From contig JAIPGN010000005.1 of assembly GCA_021735685.1 (NCBI GenBank), positions 1-54,652 on the forward strand: a DNA stretch of 54,652 nucleotides. Direction: 5' to 3'. The DNA is from Patescibacteria group bacterium. GTDB taxonomy: Bacteria > Patescibacteriota > Patescibacteriia > UBA2591 > UBA6264. Within the stretch, counting starts at the first letter, position 1; each line of letters opens with the position of its first letter. The notes beneath the pieces are model-generated. The model ran no database searches and was not told the origin of the DNA. It saw only the letters and a program-made list of their open reading frames with translations. The translations under genes were made by a program, and so were the position numbers. Shown here in pieces: positions 16,866-26,327 of this stretch.

Positions 16866-17429
16866 ATGTCTGGAGAAAAAAAACAAATTGTCAAAGACAA
16901 TGTAGTTGACGCTCGTAGCCTTTTAGAAGAAGCGGGCTTAGAGGAAAAAATGACTGTAGCTGATTTGGGCTGTGGTAGCCGCGGTTATTTTGCCATTCAA
17001 GCCGCCAAACTTATTGGAGAAGACGGATTAGTTTATGCCGTAGACATTGTAAAGCCAGCCCTCAAAAACGTTCAAAACACGGCTCATCTTTTCGGAATCA
17101 CAAATTTAAGAACAGTTTGGGGAGACTTAGAACGGCCCCAAGCCATTAAAATTCCCGCAGAAAGCTTAGATTTAGCCATGCTTAACAATATGCTTTTTCA
17201 AAACCAAAAAATAGAAGAAATTATTAAAGAAGCGACTCGTCTCTTGAAAAAACAGGGTAAACTTTTGATTACTGACTGGAAAAAAATAAAAACTCCCTTA
17301 GGACCGCCCTTAGAAAACCGCATCTCCCCAGAAGAAGTTAAAAAAAATGCCGAAAAAGCGAACCTTCAATATCAAAAAGAGTTAATAGCTGGTCCCTATC
17401 ATTATGCCTTAATGTTTGTTAAAAAATAG
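16866..17429 (+). CDS. Class I SAM-dependent methyltransferase
   Basis: VADLGCGSRG motif I, YAVDI, DLAML, LLITDW. Confidence 0.85.
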   Translation: MSGEKKQIVKDNVVDARSLLEEAGLEEKMTVADLGCGSRGYFAIQAAKLIGEDGLVYAVDIVKPALKNVQNTAHLFGITNLRTVWGDLERPQAIKIPAESLDLAMLNNMLFQNQKIEEIIKEATRLLKKQGKLLITDWKKIKTPLGPPLENRISPEEVKKNAEKANLQYQKELIAGPYHYALMFVKK

Positions 17430-17542
17430 AGAAAAAGAATGAAGAAGGGGTTGCCCTTTTCTAAAAAAGAATATATAATAAAAAAGAATTAACTAACCCG
17501 CCCAGGTTAGTTATATTTATCTAAAAAAATAAAATAATTAGT

Positions 17543-18829
17543 ATGGAAACAACTATTCTTTCCGCTATTCAACAAATTTGCGAAGAAAAAAACCTTTCAG
17601 CCGAACAGGTTTTAGGGGCTATTGAGCAAGCACTGGCAGCTGCTTTTCGCAAAGATTTTGGCGAAAAAAATCAAAATATTAAAGTAGAATTTAACCCCGA
17701 AAGCAAAAAAATGAAAGTCTTTGATGTCAAAACCGTAGTAGAAGATTTGCCAGAAGAAGACGAAGAAGAGAAGGGCGAAGAAAAGGAAGAGAAAGAAGAG
17801 CGAAGACGCTTTAATCCTCGCTCCGAAATACAAATTTCCGAAGCTAAACTTTTATCTCCCCAAGAACACGAAATGCCTTCTCGATCAAAATTGAAAGTTG
17901 GAGATATTATTCGCACTCCCCTTGAAGCCCCCAGTGAATTTGGGAGAATTGCAGCTCAAACCGCCAAACAAGTAATTACCCAAAGACTGAGAGAGGCCGA
18001 AAGAGAAATAATTTTTGAAAAATATCAAGAAAAAGAAGGAACAATTATTAACGGCACCATTCAAAGAAAAGAAAAATATGCCATCTTTGTAGATCTAGGT
18101 GACACCACCGCCATTCTTCCAACCCAACAACAAATTAGAGAAGAAAGGTACTCTTTGGAACAAAAAATTAAAGTTTTTGTTCTATCAGTTGACCAAGGGC
18201 CTAAAGGTCCTGAGATAATAGTTTCCCGTCGTCATCCCAATATTCTCCGAAATCTTTTCGAAACTGAAATTCCAGAAATTGCCAACGGAACTGTAGAAAT
18301 TAAAGCCATTGCTCGCGAACCAGGATCACGTACCAAAATTGCCGTTTGGAGTGACGAGAAGAACCTTGACCCTATTGGTAGTTGCGTTGGACAGAGAGGA
18401 ATTAGAATTCAAACCATTATTAATGAATGTGGCGGAGAAAAAATAGATATCATTAAATATTCTGAAGATCCCAAAGAATTCATAACCAATGCCCTTTCTC
18501 CGGCTAAAATCTACTCAATTGATTTAGACGAAAAAGAGGGAAACGCTTTGGTTAAAGTAAAAAAGGACCAACTTTCCTTAGCAATTGGTAAAGCTGGTCA
18601 AAATGTTCGCTTAGCCGCTCGTCTCAGTGGATGGAAAATCAATATCCAAGAACATATTGAAGAAGACGAAGAAGAGAAGGGCGAAGAAAAAGAAAAAGGG
18701 AAGAACGAAGAAGAGAAAGTTGAAGAAAAAAAGACTTTGGAAAAGAAAATCAAAAAAGATGATCAAGAAGAGAAAGAGAAAAAGAAAAGCACAAAGAAAG
18801 CAAAGAAAAGCACAAAATCTAAAAAATAA
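17543..18829 (+). CDS. nusA: Transcription factor NusA
   Basis: FGRIAAQTAKQVI, S1 and KH domains (AREPGSRTKIAV, CVGQRG, LAIGKAGQNVRLAA); acidic/basic tail. Confidence 0.97.
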   Translation: METTILSAIQQICEEKNLSAEQVLGAIEQALAAAFRKDFGEKNQNIKVEFNPESKKMKVFDVKTVVEDLPEEDEEEKGEEKEEKEERRRFNPRSEIQISEAKLLSPQEHEMPSRSKLKVGDIIRTPLEAPSEFGRIAAQTAKQVITQRLREAEREIIFEKYQEKEGTIINGTIQRKEKYAIFVDLGDTTAILPTQQQIREERYSLEQKIKVFVLSVDQGPKGPEIIVSRRHPNILRNLFETEIPEIANGTVEIKAIAREPGSRTKIAVWSDEKNLDPIGSCVGQRGIRIQTIINECGGEKIDIIKYSEDPKEFITNALSPAKIYSIDLDEKEGNALVKVKKDQLSLAIGKAGQNVRLAARLSGWKINIQEHIEEDEEEKGEEKEKGKNEEEKVEEKKTLEKKIKKDDQEEKEKKKSTKKAKKSTKSKK

Positions 18830-18858
18830 AGGATAATAAATAAAAAAAGAGGTGAAAA

Positions 18859-20133
18859 ATGCAAATTGAATCTAAAAAATTACCTAAAAATTTAATAGAA
18901 GTAAAAGTAGAGTTAACAAATAAAGAATTATTAACCTTTGAAGAGAAAGCACTAAAGAATCTAGCTAAAGAAACTAAGATAGAAGGCTTCCGCCCAGGAA
19001 AAGCTCCTTTAGAAATTTTAAAACAAAGAATACCAACTGCTAAAGTTATGGAAGAAACAGCTCACTTAGCTATTAACGAAAAATATCCAGAAATACTTGA
19101 AAAAGAAAACCTACAACCCGTCGCCCCTCCTCAGGTAGAAATCATTAAAATGGCCCCAGAAAATCCTTTGATTTTTAAATTAAAAATCCCTTTAATGCCC
19201 AAAATTAAATTAGGCAAATACCAAAACATTAAAGTTGAAAAAAAAGAAACTAAAATTGAAGAAACACAAGTTGAAAAAGTTATTACTGAATTACAGGCTA
19301 TGCGCGGACAAGAAAAAACAGTTCTCCGTGAAGCAAAAGAAGGAGATAAAGTAAAAGTTGACCTAGAATTATTCCACGACAAAGTTCTTTTAGAGAATGG
19401 CCAAATTAAAGACATGGAATTAATCTTGGGAGACTCTAAAGAATATTTCCCTGGGTTAAGTAAACAAATACTGGGAATGAAAAAAGGAGAAAACGCTGAA
19501 TTTTCCAACCCTTACCCCTCTTCTCATCCTGATAAAAAAGTAGCTGGCAAGAAAATTGACTTTAAAGTGAAAGTAAAAGAAATTTATCAAATTGATTTAC
19601 CAGAAATTAACGATCAATTTGCTCAAAATGTTGGGCCATTTAAGAACTTGGAAGAATTAAAAAAACAAATTAAAAAGAACTTAGAGGAAAACGCAGCTAC
19701 TAAAGAAAACCAAAGACAAGAAGTTGAGATTATTCAAAAATTGATAGCCCAAACTGAATTTGAAGAAATACCAGAGAGTCTAGTTAAGCACGAGGCAGAA
19801 AAAATGGTAGCCGAGCTTAAGGCCTCAATAGAACAATCTTCTGGAAATTTTGAAGACTACTTACAAAGTATTAAAAGCGATGCAAAAACTTTACGAGAAA
19901 AGTTTATTCCCAAGGCCGAAGAAAGGGTGAAAAGCGCTCTTTGTATCAGAGAAATTGCTAAAAAAGAAAATATAAAGATTAGCCCAGAAGAGATGGCAAC
20001 AGAAATGAAAAAAATATCTGATCTCTATAAAAATCAAGAAGAATTACTGAAAAACTTAGGAACTGAATCCGGCCAAAACTATCTTCGTAATTTATTGACT
20101 AACCGCAAAGTACTTGATATATTAAGAAAGTAA
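18859..20133 (+). CDS. tig: Trigger factor
   Basis: GFRPGKAP ribosome-binding motif, FKBP-like middle domain. Confidence 0.95.
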   Translation: MQIESKKLPKNLIEVKVELTNKELLTFEEKALKNLAKETKIEGFRPGKAPLEILKQRIPTAKVMEETAHLAINEKYPEILEKENLQPVAPPQVEIIKMAPENPLIFKLKIPLMPKIKLGKYQNIKVEKKETKIEETQVEKVITELQAMRGQEKTVLREAKEGDKVKVDLELFHDKVLLENGQIKDMELILGDSKEYFPGLSKQILGMKKGENAEFSNPYPSSHPDKKVAGKKIDFKVKVKEIYQIDLPEINDQFAQNVGPFKNLEELKKQIKKNLEENAATKENQRQEVEIIQKLIAQTEFEEIPESLVKHEAEKMVAELKASIEQSSGNFEDYLQSIKSDAKTLREKFIPKAEERVKSALCIREIAKKENIKISPEEMATEMKKISDLYKNQEELLKNLGTESGQNYLRNLLTNRKVLDILRK

Positions 20134-20144
20134 TAAAAAGAAGA

Positions 20145-20219
20145 GCGGGAGTAGTTCAGCGGTAGAACGTTTCGTTGCCAACGAAAAGATCGCGGGTTCG
20201 ATCCCCGTCTCCCGCTCCA
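20145..20219 (+). tRNA. tRNA-Gly (GCC)
   Basis: GCGGGAG/CTCCCGC acceptor, TTTCG-TT GCC AA-CGAAA, CCA. Confidence 0.95.
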
Positions 20220-20284
20220 TAACTTTTTATTATTAAGCAAAGAAGAGACAGCGCAAAAACTAAATTTTCAATAAATTTTATCAG

Positions 20285-20314
20285 AAAAGCACGAAGCCTT
20301 ATATTCGTGCTTTT
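20285..20314. terminator. Bidirectional terminator
   Basis: AAAAGCACGAA..TTCGTGCTTTT between convergent tRNA-Gly and alaS. Confidence 0.7.
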
Positions 20315-20389
20315 TTATTTATTTTAAACAAAAAAATGCCTAGGTCTAATCTAGGCAAATGACTTAAGGCTCAAACTCCTAAGTAAATA

Positions 20390-22180
20390 TTACTTTAGCA
20401 AAACTGCTTTGATTCGACGAACTCCAGCACTAGAAGAAGATTCTTTGATAATTTTAAACTTTCCTAGCTCCGCTGTATGTTTAACATGTGGACCAGCACA
20501 AATTTCTTTAGAAAAACTTCCTACAGAATAAACGCTGACCTTTTCTGGATATTTCTCTTTAAAAAAGGCTAAAGCTCCTGACTGAACAGCTTCTTGGTAA
20601 GACATTTCTTCTTTTTTTACCTTCAAATCCTCTTCAATTTTTTGATTAACCATTCTCTCCACATGATCAATTTCTTCGGAATCCATTTTAGTATTATGAA
20701 AAAAATCAAAACGCAAGCGTTCCGCATTAATATCAGAACCCATTTGCTGAACTTGCTTTCCTAAAACCACTCTCAAGGCCTGATGTAAAAGATGAGTGGC
20801 CGTGTGCAGTTTAGTAGCCATATAACCAGCCTCTCGATCCACACCTCCAAACTTTGCTTTTGAGCCCTTGCGAGAAATTTCTTGATGTTTTTTTAATTCT
20901 CGCTCAAAACCTTCTTGGTCGATCCCTACCTTTCTTTCTCGGGCCAATTCTTTGATTAATTCCAAAGGAAAGCCATAACTCTGATAGAGTTTAAAGGCCT
21001 CCTTGGCCCCAATTATCTTGGGATTCGAAATCATTAACTTGTCAAATTCTTTAAGCCCCCTTTGAAGGGTTTGATTAAATTTATTTTCTTCTTTTCGAAT
21101 CACTTTATTAATTTCCTCCTGCTTCTCCTCAAGCTCTGGATAAAAAGATGAATATTTTTTTATTACCTCTTTAGCTAAAAGAAGAAGGAAGTCACCAGGA
21201 GCCTTTATAATCTGACCATAACGAATAGATCTTCTGAGAATACGACGAAGAATATAACCTCTCTCCACATTGCTAGGCAAAATGCCTTCTGCGATCAAAA
21301 AAACAATTCCTCGAATATGGTCAGAAATAATTCTAAAAATCCTTTTTTGGTCTTCATACTTTTGCTGAACAACTTCCTCCATTTTTTTAATAATTCCCAC
21401 AAATAAATCTGTTTCAAAAGAAGATTTTTTCTTTTGTAAAATAGCAGTCAATCTTTCTAATCCGGCACCAGTATCAACATTTTTTTGCGATAATTTATGA
21501 TAGTTGCCCTTCTGGTCTTTTTCGTATTCCATAAAAACCAAATTCCAAGCTTCAACAAAACGATCACAATGGGGACAGTTAGGCCCACAATCTAAAGAAT
21601 CGCAACCAAATTCTGAACCTCGGTCATAATGTATTTCCGAACAAGGCCCACAAGGTCCGGTATCTCCGGCAATCCAAAAATTATCCTTTTCTCCAAACTC
21701 TTTAATTCTTTCTAAGGGAATGCCATTCTTTTGCCAAATTTGAATTGACTCCTCATCTTCTGGAATAAACTCATTCCCCTTAAAAACAGTAACCCAAAGT
21801 TTATCCTTATTTAAGCCCAATTCTTGAATAAAAAAATCAAGAGCTAATTCAATAGCTCCTGCCTTAAAATAACCCTTTTTCGAGTCTTCACCAATAGACC
21901 AATTCCCTAACATTTCAAAAAAAGTATGATGAATGTCATCGCCAACCGAATCAATATCTAGAGTGCGAAAACACTTTTGTGAAGAAGTCAAATGACGTGA
22001 TTTAAAATCTTGAAGAACGCTTTTTTCTCCGGAAAGATAGGGAACAAACTGTTGCATGCCCGCCGAAGTTAAAAGCACGGTCTGATCTAAAGGGATTAAA
22101 GAAGCAGAAGGCACTATTTGATGCCCTCTTTCCTGAAAAAACTTTAAAAATCTTTTTCTGATCTCTTCGCTAGAATACAT
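20390..22180 (-). CDS. alaS: Alanine--tRNA ligase, short form
   Basis: GMQQF, HHTFFEMLGNWS, GPCGPCSE, DTGAGLER, editing HTATHL..C.GPH; ends at GVRRIKA. Confidence 0.95.
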   Translation of the reverse strand: MYSSEEIRKRFLKFFQERGHQIVPSASLIPLDQTVLLTSAGMQQFVPYLSGEKSVLQDFKSRHLTSSQKCFRTLDIDSVGDDIHHTFFEMLGNWSIGEDSKKGYFKAGAIELALDFFIQELGLNKDKLWVTVFKGNEFIPEDEESIQIWQKNGIPLERIKEFGEKDNFWIAGDTGPCGPCSEIHYDRGSEFGCDSLDCGPNCPHCDRFVEAWNLVFMEYEKDQKGNYHKLSQKNVDTGAGLERLTAILQKKKSSFETDLFVGIIKKMEEVVQQKYEDQKRIFRIISDHIRGIVFLIAEGILPSNVERGYILRRILRRSIRYGQIIKAPGDFLLLLAKEVIKKYSSFYPELEEKQEEINKVIRKEENKFNQTLQRGLKEFDKLMISNPKIIGAKEAFKLYQSYGFPLELIKELARERKVGIDQEGFERELKKHQEISRKGSKAKFGGVDREAGYMATKLHTATHLLHQALRVVLGKQVQQMGSDINAERLRFDFFHNTKMDSEEIDHVERMVNQKIEEDLKVKKEEMSYQEAVQSGALAFFKEKYPEKVSVYSVGSFSKEICAGPHVKHTAELGKFKIIKESSSSAGVRRIKAVLLK

Positions 22181-22191
22181 ATTTTTTGTAA

Positions 22192-22278
22192 TGGTGGGCA
22201 GGGTAGGATTCGAACCTACGTAGGCATAAAGCCATCAGATTTACAGTCTGATGCGTTTGACCACTCCGCCACCTACCC
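22192..22278 (-). tRNA. tRNA-Tyr (GUA)
   Basis: TCAGA-CT GTA AA-TCTGA, long variable arm, CCA. Confidence 0.95.
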
Positions 22279-22296
22279 TCAAAAATCAAATAATAA

Positions 22297-22371
22297 TGGA
22301 GCCAACGGTCGGACTTGAACCGACGACCTACTCCTTACCATGGAGTTGCTCTACCACTGAGCTACGTTGGC
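22297..22371 (-). tRNA. tRNA-Thr (GGU)
   Basis: GCCAACG acceptor, ACTCC-AT GGT AA-GGAGT, CCA. Confidence 0.95.
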
Positions 22372-22406
22372 CTATCTTTTCACTTGAAAAACAAAAACAA
22401 AATTCA

Positions 22407-22471
22407 CCTTACCATGGAGTTGCTCCCTGCCTGCCGGCAGGCAGGTACCACTGAGCTCTACGTTGGCCTAT
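22407..22471 (-). pseudogene. Duplicate 5' half of tRNA-Thr(GGU) interrupted in the D-loop
   Basis: Copy of 22333-22375 with a 20-bp palindrome at GGTA^GAGC plus a 2-nt CT duplication; ends just past the anticodon loop. Confidence 0.85.
22426..22445. repeat. 20-bp REP-like palindrome
   Basis: CCTGCCTGCCGGCAGGCAGG, perfect inverted repeat. Confidence 0.9.
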
Positions 22472-22761
22472 TTTTTCTTCTTAATCAATTTTATCAAATT
22501 TTTAAGATAAAACAAGATTTCTTTAAAAAACTTTTGACCCAATAAATAAAAAAACCTTATCTTAATAAATAGTTTTTGCTGAAAATGAACCAAATCTCGA
22601 CTAATCTTTCTTTCTAGTAATCTCCTTTTCATTATATTCTCTCTTTCTTGGGGAATTTGGGAAAGATCAAGATGCAGAAGAAGAAAAAATTTACGGCCAA
22701 TAATAAAAATAATTCCCCCCCAGGCCAGAAAAAAAACAACTAAACAAATAAAATAAATCAT
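22468..22761 (-). CDS. Hypothetical membrane protein
   Basis: N-terminal TM; start overlaps the tpiA stop by 4 nt. Confidence 0.55.
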   Translation of the reverse strand: MIYFICLVVFFLAWGGIIFIIGRKFFLLLHLDLSQIPQERENIMKRRLLERKISRDLVHFQQKLFIKIRFFYLLGQKFFKEILFYLKNLIKLIKKKK

Positions 22762-23531
22762 TTTTTAGTAATTAATCGACAAAGAGCAATAAATTCATCG
22801 AGATCTAAAGAAGCCTTGCCTATTAAAAAACCATCAGTTAAACCTTTTTCAAAGAAAGGACTGGCGTTACAAGAATCAACACTTCCTCCATAAATAAACC
22901 TAATATTATTTTTAACCAGGGGACGAGGATAAAGATCAATCATTCTCTGAAAAATTATTTTATTCATGTAAATAGCCTCTTCAGGAGAAATGGCTTGTCC
23001 CGAATTTTTAACCCAAACTGGCTCATAGGCAATTATTATTTTCTGAGTAGCCCTTAAATTAATATTCTGTAAAGCGCCAGAGATTTGATCCAAAACTACA
23101 TAATCCTTAGCTCCTTTTCTCCTTTCCTCAATAGTTTCACCTACACAAATAATAGGAGTTAATCCGGCTAATAAAGCAGCTCCAACTTTGGCATTAATTT
23201 TTTGATTGTTTTCTTGGAAATAAATTCTTCTTTCCGAATTACCTAAAATAACATAATCGCAACCCAAATCTTTCAAAGCCGAAGGAGAAACCTCTCCCGT
23301 GTAATCCCCTTTTAATTTCCAAAAGCAATCTTGTGCTCCTAAGAATAAATTAGATTCCTTGGAAAAATTTCCCGCCTTGCTTATGCTTTCCAAGTCTAAA
23401 AAAGAAGGACAAAGCACCACGTCTAGTCCAGACCAACCAGATAGTCTTTGCTTTAAAGACATTGCTTTTTTTTGAGCTAGAGTGCCAACTAAATTCATTT
23501 TCCAGTTGACAACAATAATTGGTTTTTTCAT
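22758..23531 (-). CDS. tpiA: Triosephosphate isomerase homolog with degenerate active site
   Basis: VNWKMN, LGAQD, YTGEVS, AYEPVW, YGGSV present; GHSERR is GNSERR. Confidence 0.85.
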   Translation of the reverse strand: MKKPIIVVNWKMNLVGTLAQKKAMSLKQRLSGWSGLDVVLCPSFLDLESISKAGNFSKESNLFLGAQDCFWKLKGDYTGEVSPSALKDLGCDYVILGNSERRIYFQENNQKINAKVGAALLAGLTPIICVGETIEERRKGAKDYVVLDQISGALQNINLRATQKIIIAYEPVWVKNSGQAISPEEAIYMNKIIFQRMIDLYPRPLVKNNIRFIYGGSVDSCNASPFFEKGLTDGFLIGKASLDLDEFIALCRLITKK

Positions 23532-23535
23532 TGGT

Positions 23536-23997
23536 TTAAAAAAAAGATAAAGAAATGCCCAGAGTTAAAAAAGTAACCACAGCTCCAGAAATCAAAACTC
23601 CAATTGTAATCAAACCCAAAGCACGAGCATAAGGAATCCCAAAAAGAAAAGCCGCTAAACTGCCGGTCCAAGCTCCGGTAAATGGCAAGGGAATGGCCAC
23701 TAATAGAATTAGGGCTAAATCCCCATAAAGAGAATAATTTTTGTAAAAACGCTTCCTGGTTCTTTGTAGAATCCAATCAAGAAAATTCTTGATTAATCCA
23801 CTCTGTTGCGCTCCAAAACGAAAAATATGTTTCCAGAAAAAAAGCAGAAACAAAATAGGCAAAATGTTTCCTAAACAGGCCAAAAAAAAGGCTTTTAAAG
23901 GATCCAAATTATAAGCTATGATAGCCACGGGAATAGTTCCTCTCAATTCATTAATCGGAGCCATGGCTAAAAAAATTGTTTTTAATTCTGGCCACAT
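23536..23997 (-). CDS. Small multi-drug export-type membrane protein
   Basis: P..ELRGTIP, VAIPLPFTGAWTGSLAA pattern. Confidence 0.75.
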   Translation of the reverse strand: MWPELKTIFLAMAPINELRGTIPVAIIAYNLDPLKAFFLACLGNILPILFLLFFWKHIFRFGAQQSGLIKNFLDWILQRTRKRFYKNYSLYGDLALILLVAIPLPFTGAWTGSLAAFLFGIPYARALGLITIGVLISGAVVTFLTLGISLSFF

Positions 23998-24024
23998 TCT
24001 TTTCTAGTGAAAATTAAAAAGTTT

Positions 24025-24957
24025 TTATTCTTCTTGTTCTTGAAAATTCTTAGCTTCTTTCTCTTGTTGCGTTGCCCACCAAATCAAGGATTTAGCCTCT
24101 TGAAATCTATTCTCGTTGCTATCCGCCCCTAAAACTATTACAATCAACTTTTGGTCATCATAATTACTTACGCCGGCAAAACAATAACCACTAGCATCTA
24201 AATAACCAGTTTTGGCACCCTCAATTTTAATAAAATTTCCTAAAAGTTGATCGGTGTTATAGACCCGTTGATAAAGAGCGCGCCCGTTTCTTTTCAATTC
24301 TAAATCATAAGTAGCCTGTGACAGGGCTTCTTTAATTTCCTTATGTTGAAAAGCAGCTCGCACTAGCTTGGTTAAATCCCGAGCGCTGGAACGATTAGAA
24401 GAGCTTAAGCCAGTTGGTTCCAAAAAATAAGTATCTCGCATTCCCAACTCTTGAGCCTTTTCATTCATTAAGTCAGCAAAATTTTGACCGCAACAAACCA
24501 CTGTTCTCGCTAAAATCTTACTGGCATTATTAGCCGATCGAATCAAGCCAGAATTGAAAACGTCCCGCAAGGTCAGTTCATCTCCAATTAAAACATCTAA
24601 TAAGGCTGGCTGCATTTCTTCGCCACCCCCTTTATTAGTAAATTTAATCAAATCCTGTTCGGAAACTTGAATAATTTCATTCCAGTCTTTTTTATTGTTT
24701 TCCAAAAAAACCAAAGCAGTCATTAGTTTACTAATACTGGCAATGGGTAAAATTTCTTCAGAATTCTTTTCAAACAAAATCTTCCCCGAATTAAAATCCA
24801 CAACCAAAGCACTGCGGGCGCTTAATTTAGGACCCAAAGAATAAGAAGAATTAATTTCAGGGCCTGAGCTTTCAATTAAATTATTCCAAGTGATGACTTC
24901 TTGATAAAGAGGAGAGGCTGACAGAAAAAAAATTGTAGCTAAAATCGAAAAAAGCAT
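24025..24957 (-). CDS. S11 family D-alanyl-D-alanine carboxypeptidase/endopeptidase
   Basis: PIASISK (SxxK), RSANN (SxN), AKTGY (KTG); signal peptide. Confidence 0.9.
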   Translation of the reverse strand: MLFSILATIFFLSASPLYQEVITWNNLIESSGPEINSSYSLGPKLSARSALVVDFNSGKILFEKNSEEILPIASISKLMTALVFLENNKKDWNEIIQVSEQDLIKFTNKGGGEEMQPALLDVLIGDELTLRDVFNSGLIRSANNASKILARTVVCCGQNFADLMNEKAQELGMRDTYFLEPTGLSSSNRSSARDLTKLVRAAFQHKEIKEALSQATYDLELKRNGRALYQRVYNTDQLLGNFIKIEGAKTGYLDASGYCFAGVSNYDDQKLIVIVLGADSNENRFQEAKSLIWWATQQEKEAKNFQEQEE

Positions 24958-24965
24958 AATCAGTT

Positions 24966-25922
24966 TTATTTTTTAAAAATTTTGCCCACCCGATAAAGAT
25001 TATACCAAAAACTAGAGAAAGGTAAATCAAAGGTGCCGGGATAAGTGACTTGGCGACAACCAAAGTTCATTTTAAATTTCGTTAAACCTGGCCATTTTTG
25101 AGAATCAATCCCCCAAAAATCATAATACTCGCATTTATTATTGTTGGCAATTCGAATGGCCTCCCAATGTAAAAGATGAGGGGCCATCACCTGTGAAAAC
25201 TCACGAGAAGAACCACCGTGCACATAAAAAGCCCTTTGATTAAAAAAAATAACTAAATGAGCAGCTAAAATTTTATCCAAATAACGAGCTAGATACAATT
25301 TACTTTGGGAAAGATTTAATAATTCTCGATAATATTCAAAATCATGGATTTGAAATTCTTCCCTCTTGGCGGTTTCTTGTAAAAGTCTCCAAAAGCAATC
25401 TAAGCTTTGACTTTCTTCAATTTCCACCCCTTTTCTCTGAGCTAAACGAATGTTATAACGGGTTTTAGAGTGCATAGCTGATAAAAGATCGGCTTCCTTC
25501 TTTTGTAAATCCAAAAAAGCAGTCTGGCTAGGCTGAACATCTGAAGTTTTTTTTATTTTCAAAGAAAGACTTATCTCTTTCAAGGGCTCAAAACGAAAAA
25601 AAATCGCTTTTTCTTGATCAGCCAAAACCTTAATTTGTTTAAAGAAAAAATCAAGAGTAACTTGACCAGAAACATCTTGAAAAAAGGGACCACGCGGACA
25701 ATATAAATAACCAAAACCCAAGGGAAGAGAATTTTTAATTATTAGAGCCTGAACCAAGGTTTTGTTTTTCTCCTGCACGGCTAAGCGCCAAATTTTCCTT
25801 CCCATTTTTTTTTGAAAATCTCCCCACTCCCAAGATTGTAAAAACTGATCACCAGTTTGCCAATTTTCTTTTTCCTGAATCTCTCTAATTTCCATAAATA
25901 AATCTAATTTTATTTTTGTCAA
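24966..25922 (-). CDS. FemABX family peptidoglycan bridge peptidyltransferase
   Basis: FLQSWEWG, YCPRGP, KTRYNIRLAQRKGV, YDFWGI, GLTKFK. Confidence 0.88.
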   Translation of the reverse strand: MTKIKLDLFMEIREIQEKENWQTGDQFLQSWEWGDFQKKMGRKIWRLAVQEKNKTLVQALIIKNSLPLGFGYLYCPRGPFFQDVSGQVTLDFFFKQIKVLADQEKAIFFRFEPLKEISLSLKIKKTSDVQPSQTAFLDLQKKEADLLSAMHSKTRYNIRLAQRKGVEIEESQSLDCFWRLLQETAKREEFQIHDFEYYRELLNLSQSKLYLARYLDKILAAHLVIFFNQRAFYVHGGSSREFSQVMAPHLLHWEAIRIANNNKCEYYDFWGIDSQKWPGLTKFKMNFGCRQVTYPGTFDLPFSSFWYNLYRVGKIFKK

Positions 25923-25982
25923 AATTGCCCCCCCCTTAAAAGGAAAAACCTAAGATAGAATTTACAAGAATCGTCCTCTAGT

Positions 25983-26006
25983 AAAAAGGGCCGACAATGT
26001 CGGCCC
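25983..26006 (-). terminator. Intrinsic terminator
   Basis: Minus strand GGGCCGACA-T-TGTCGGCCC followed by a T run, just after the 26020 ORF stop. Confidence 0.7.
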
Positions 26007-26019
26007 GGGAAAGTTTGTT

Positions 26020-26256
26020 CTAAAACATGTCTTTATGTTTTAGAACCGGCTCCAAATGAGTAGGAGCCATGCGCAGCCGACCGTTGTTGGCCAGCCTTTT
26101 GATCCCTTCTCGTATTTTTACAAGAGGATAATCCTCTTCTAATTGTACGACAAGGTGTAACCCACACCCTTTGATTTCAACTTCCCGACCGGAGTCGGAA
26201 ACTTCAACTTCAATGGGATTAGTTACAACCTGAAAAGTGTGTTTCGGATCTTTCAT
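26020..26256 (-). CDS. Orphan hypothetical protein
   Basis: AAGGAGG SD before MKDPKH, TTGACA upstream, terminator downstream. Confidence 0.65.
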   Translation of the reverse strand: MKDPKHTFQVVTNPIEVEVSDSGREVEIKGCGLHLVVQLEEDYPLVKIREGIKRLANNGRLRMAPTHLEPVLKHKDMF

Positions 26257-26327
26257 TTTTCCTCCTTTGCTTGTCCCTAAGTTTAACAAAACAAAGTCTT
26301 TTTGTCAAGATTCTTTCTTTTTTTTAT

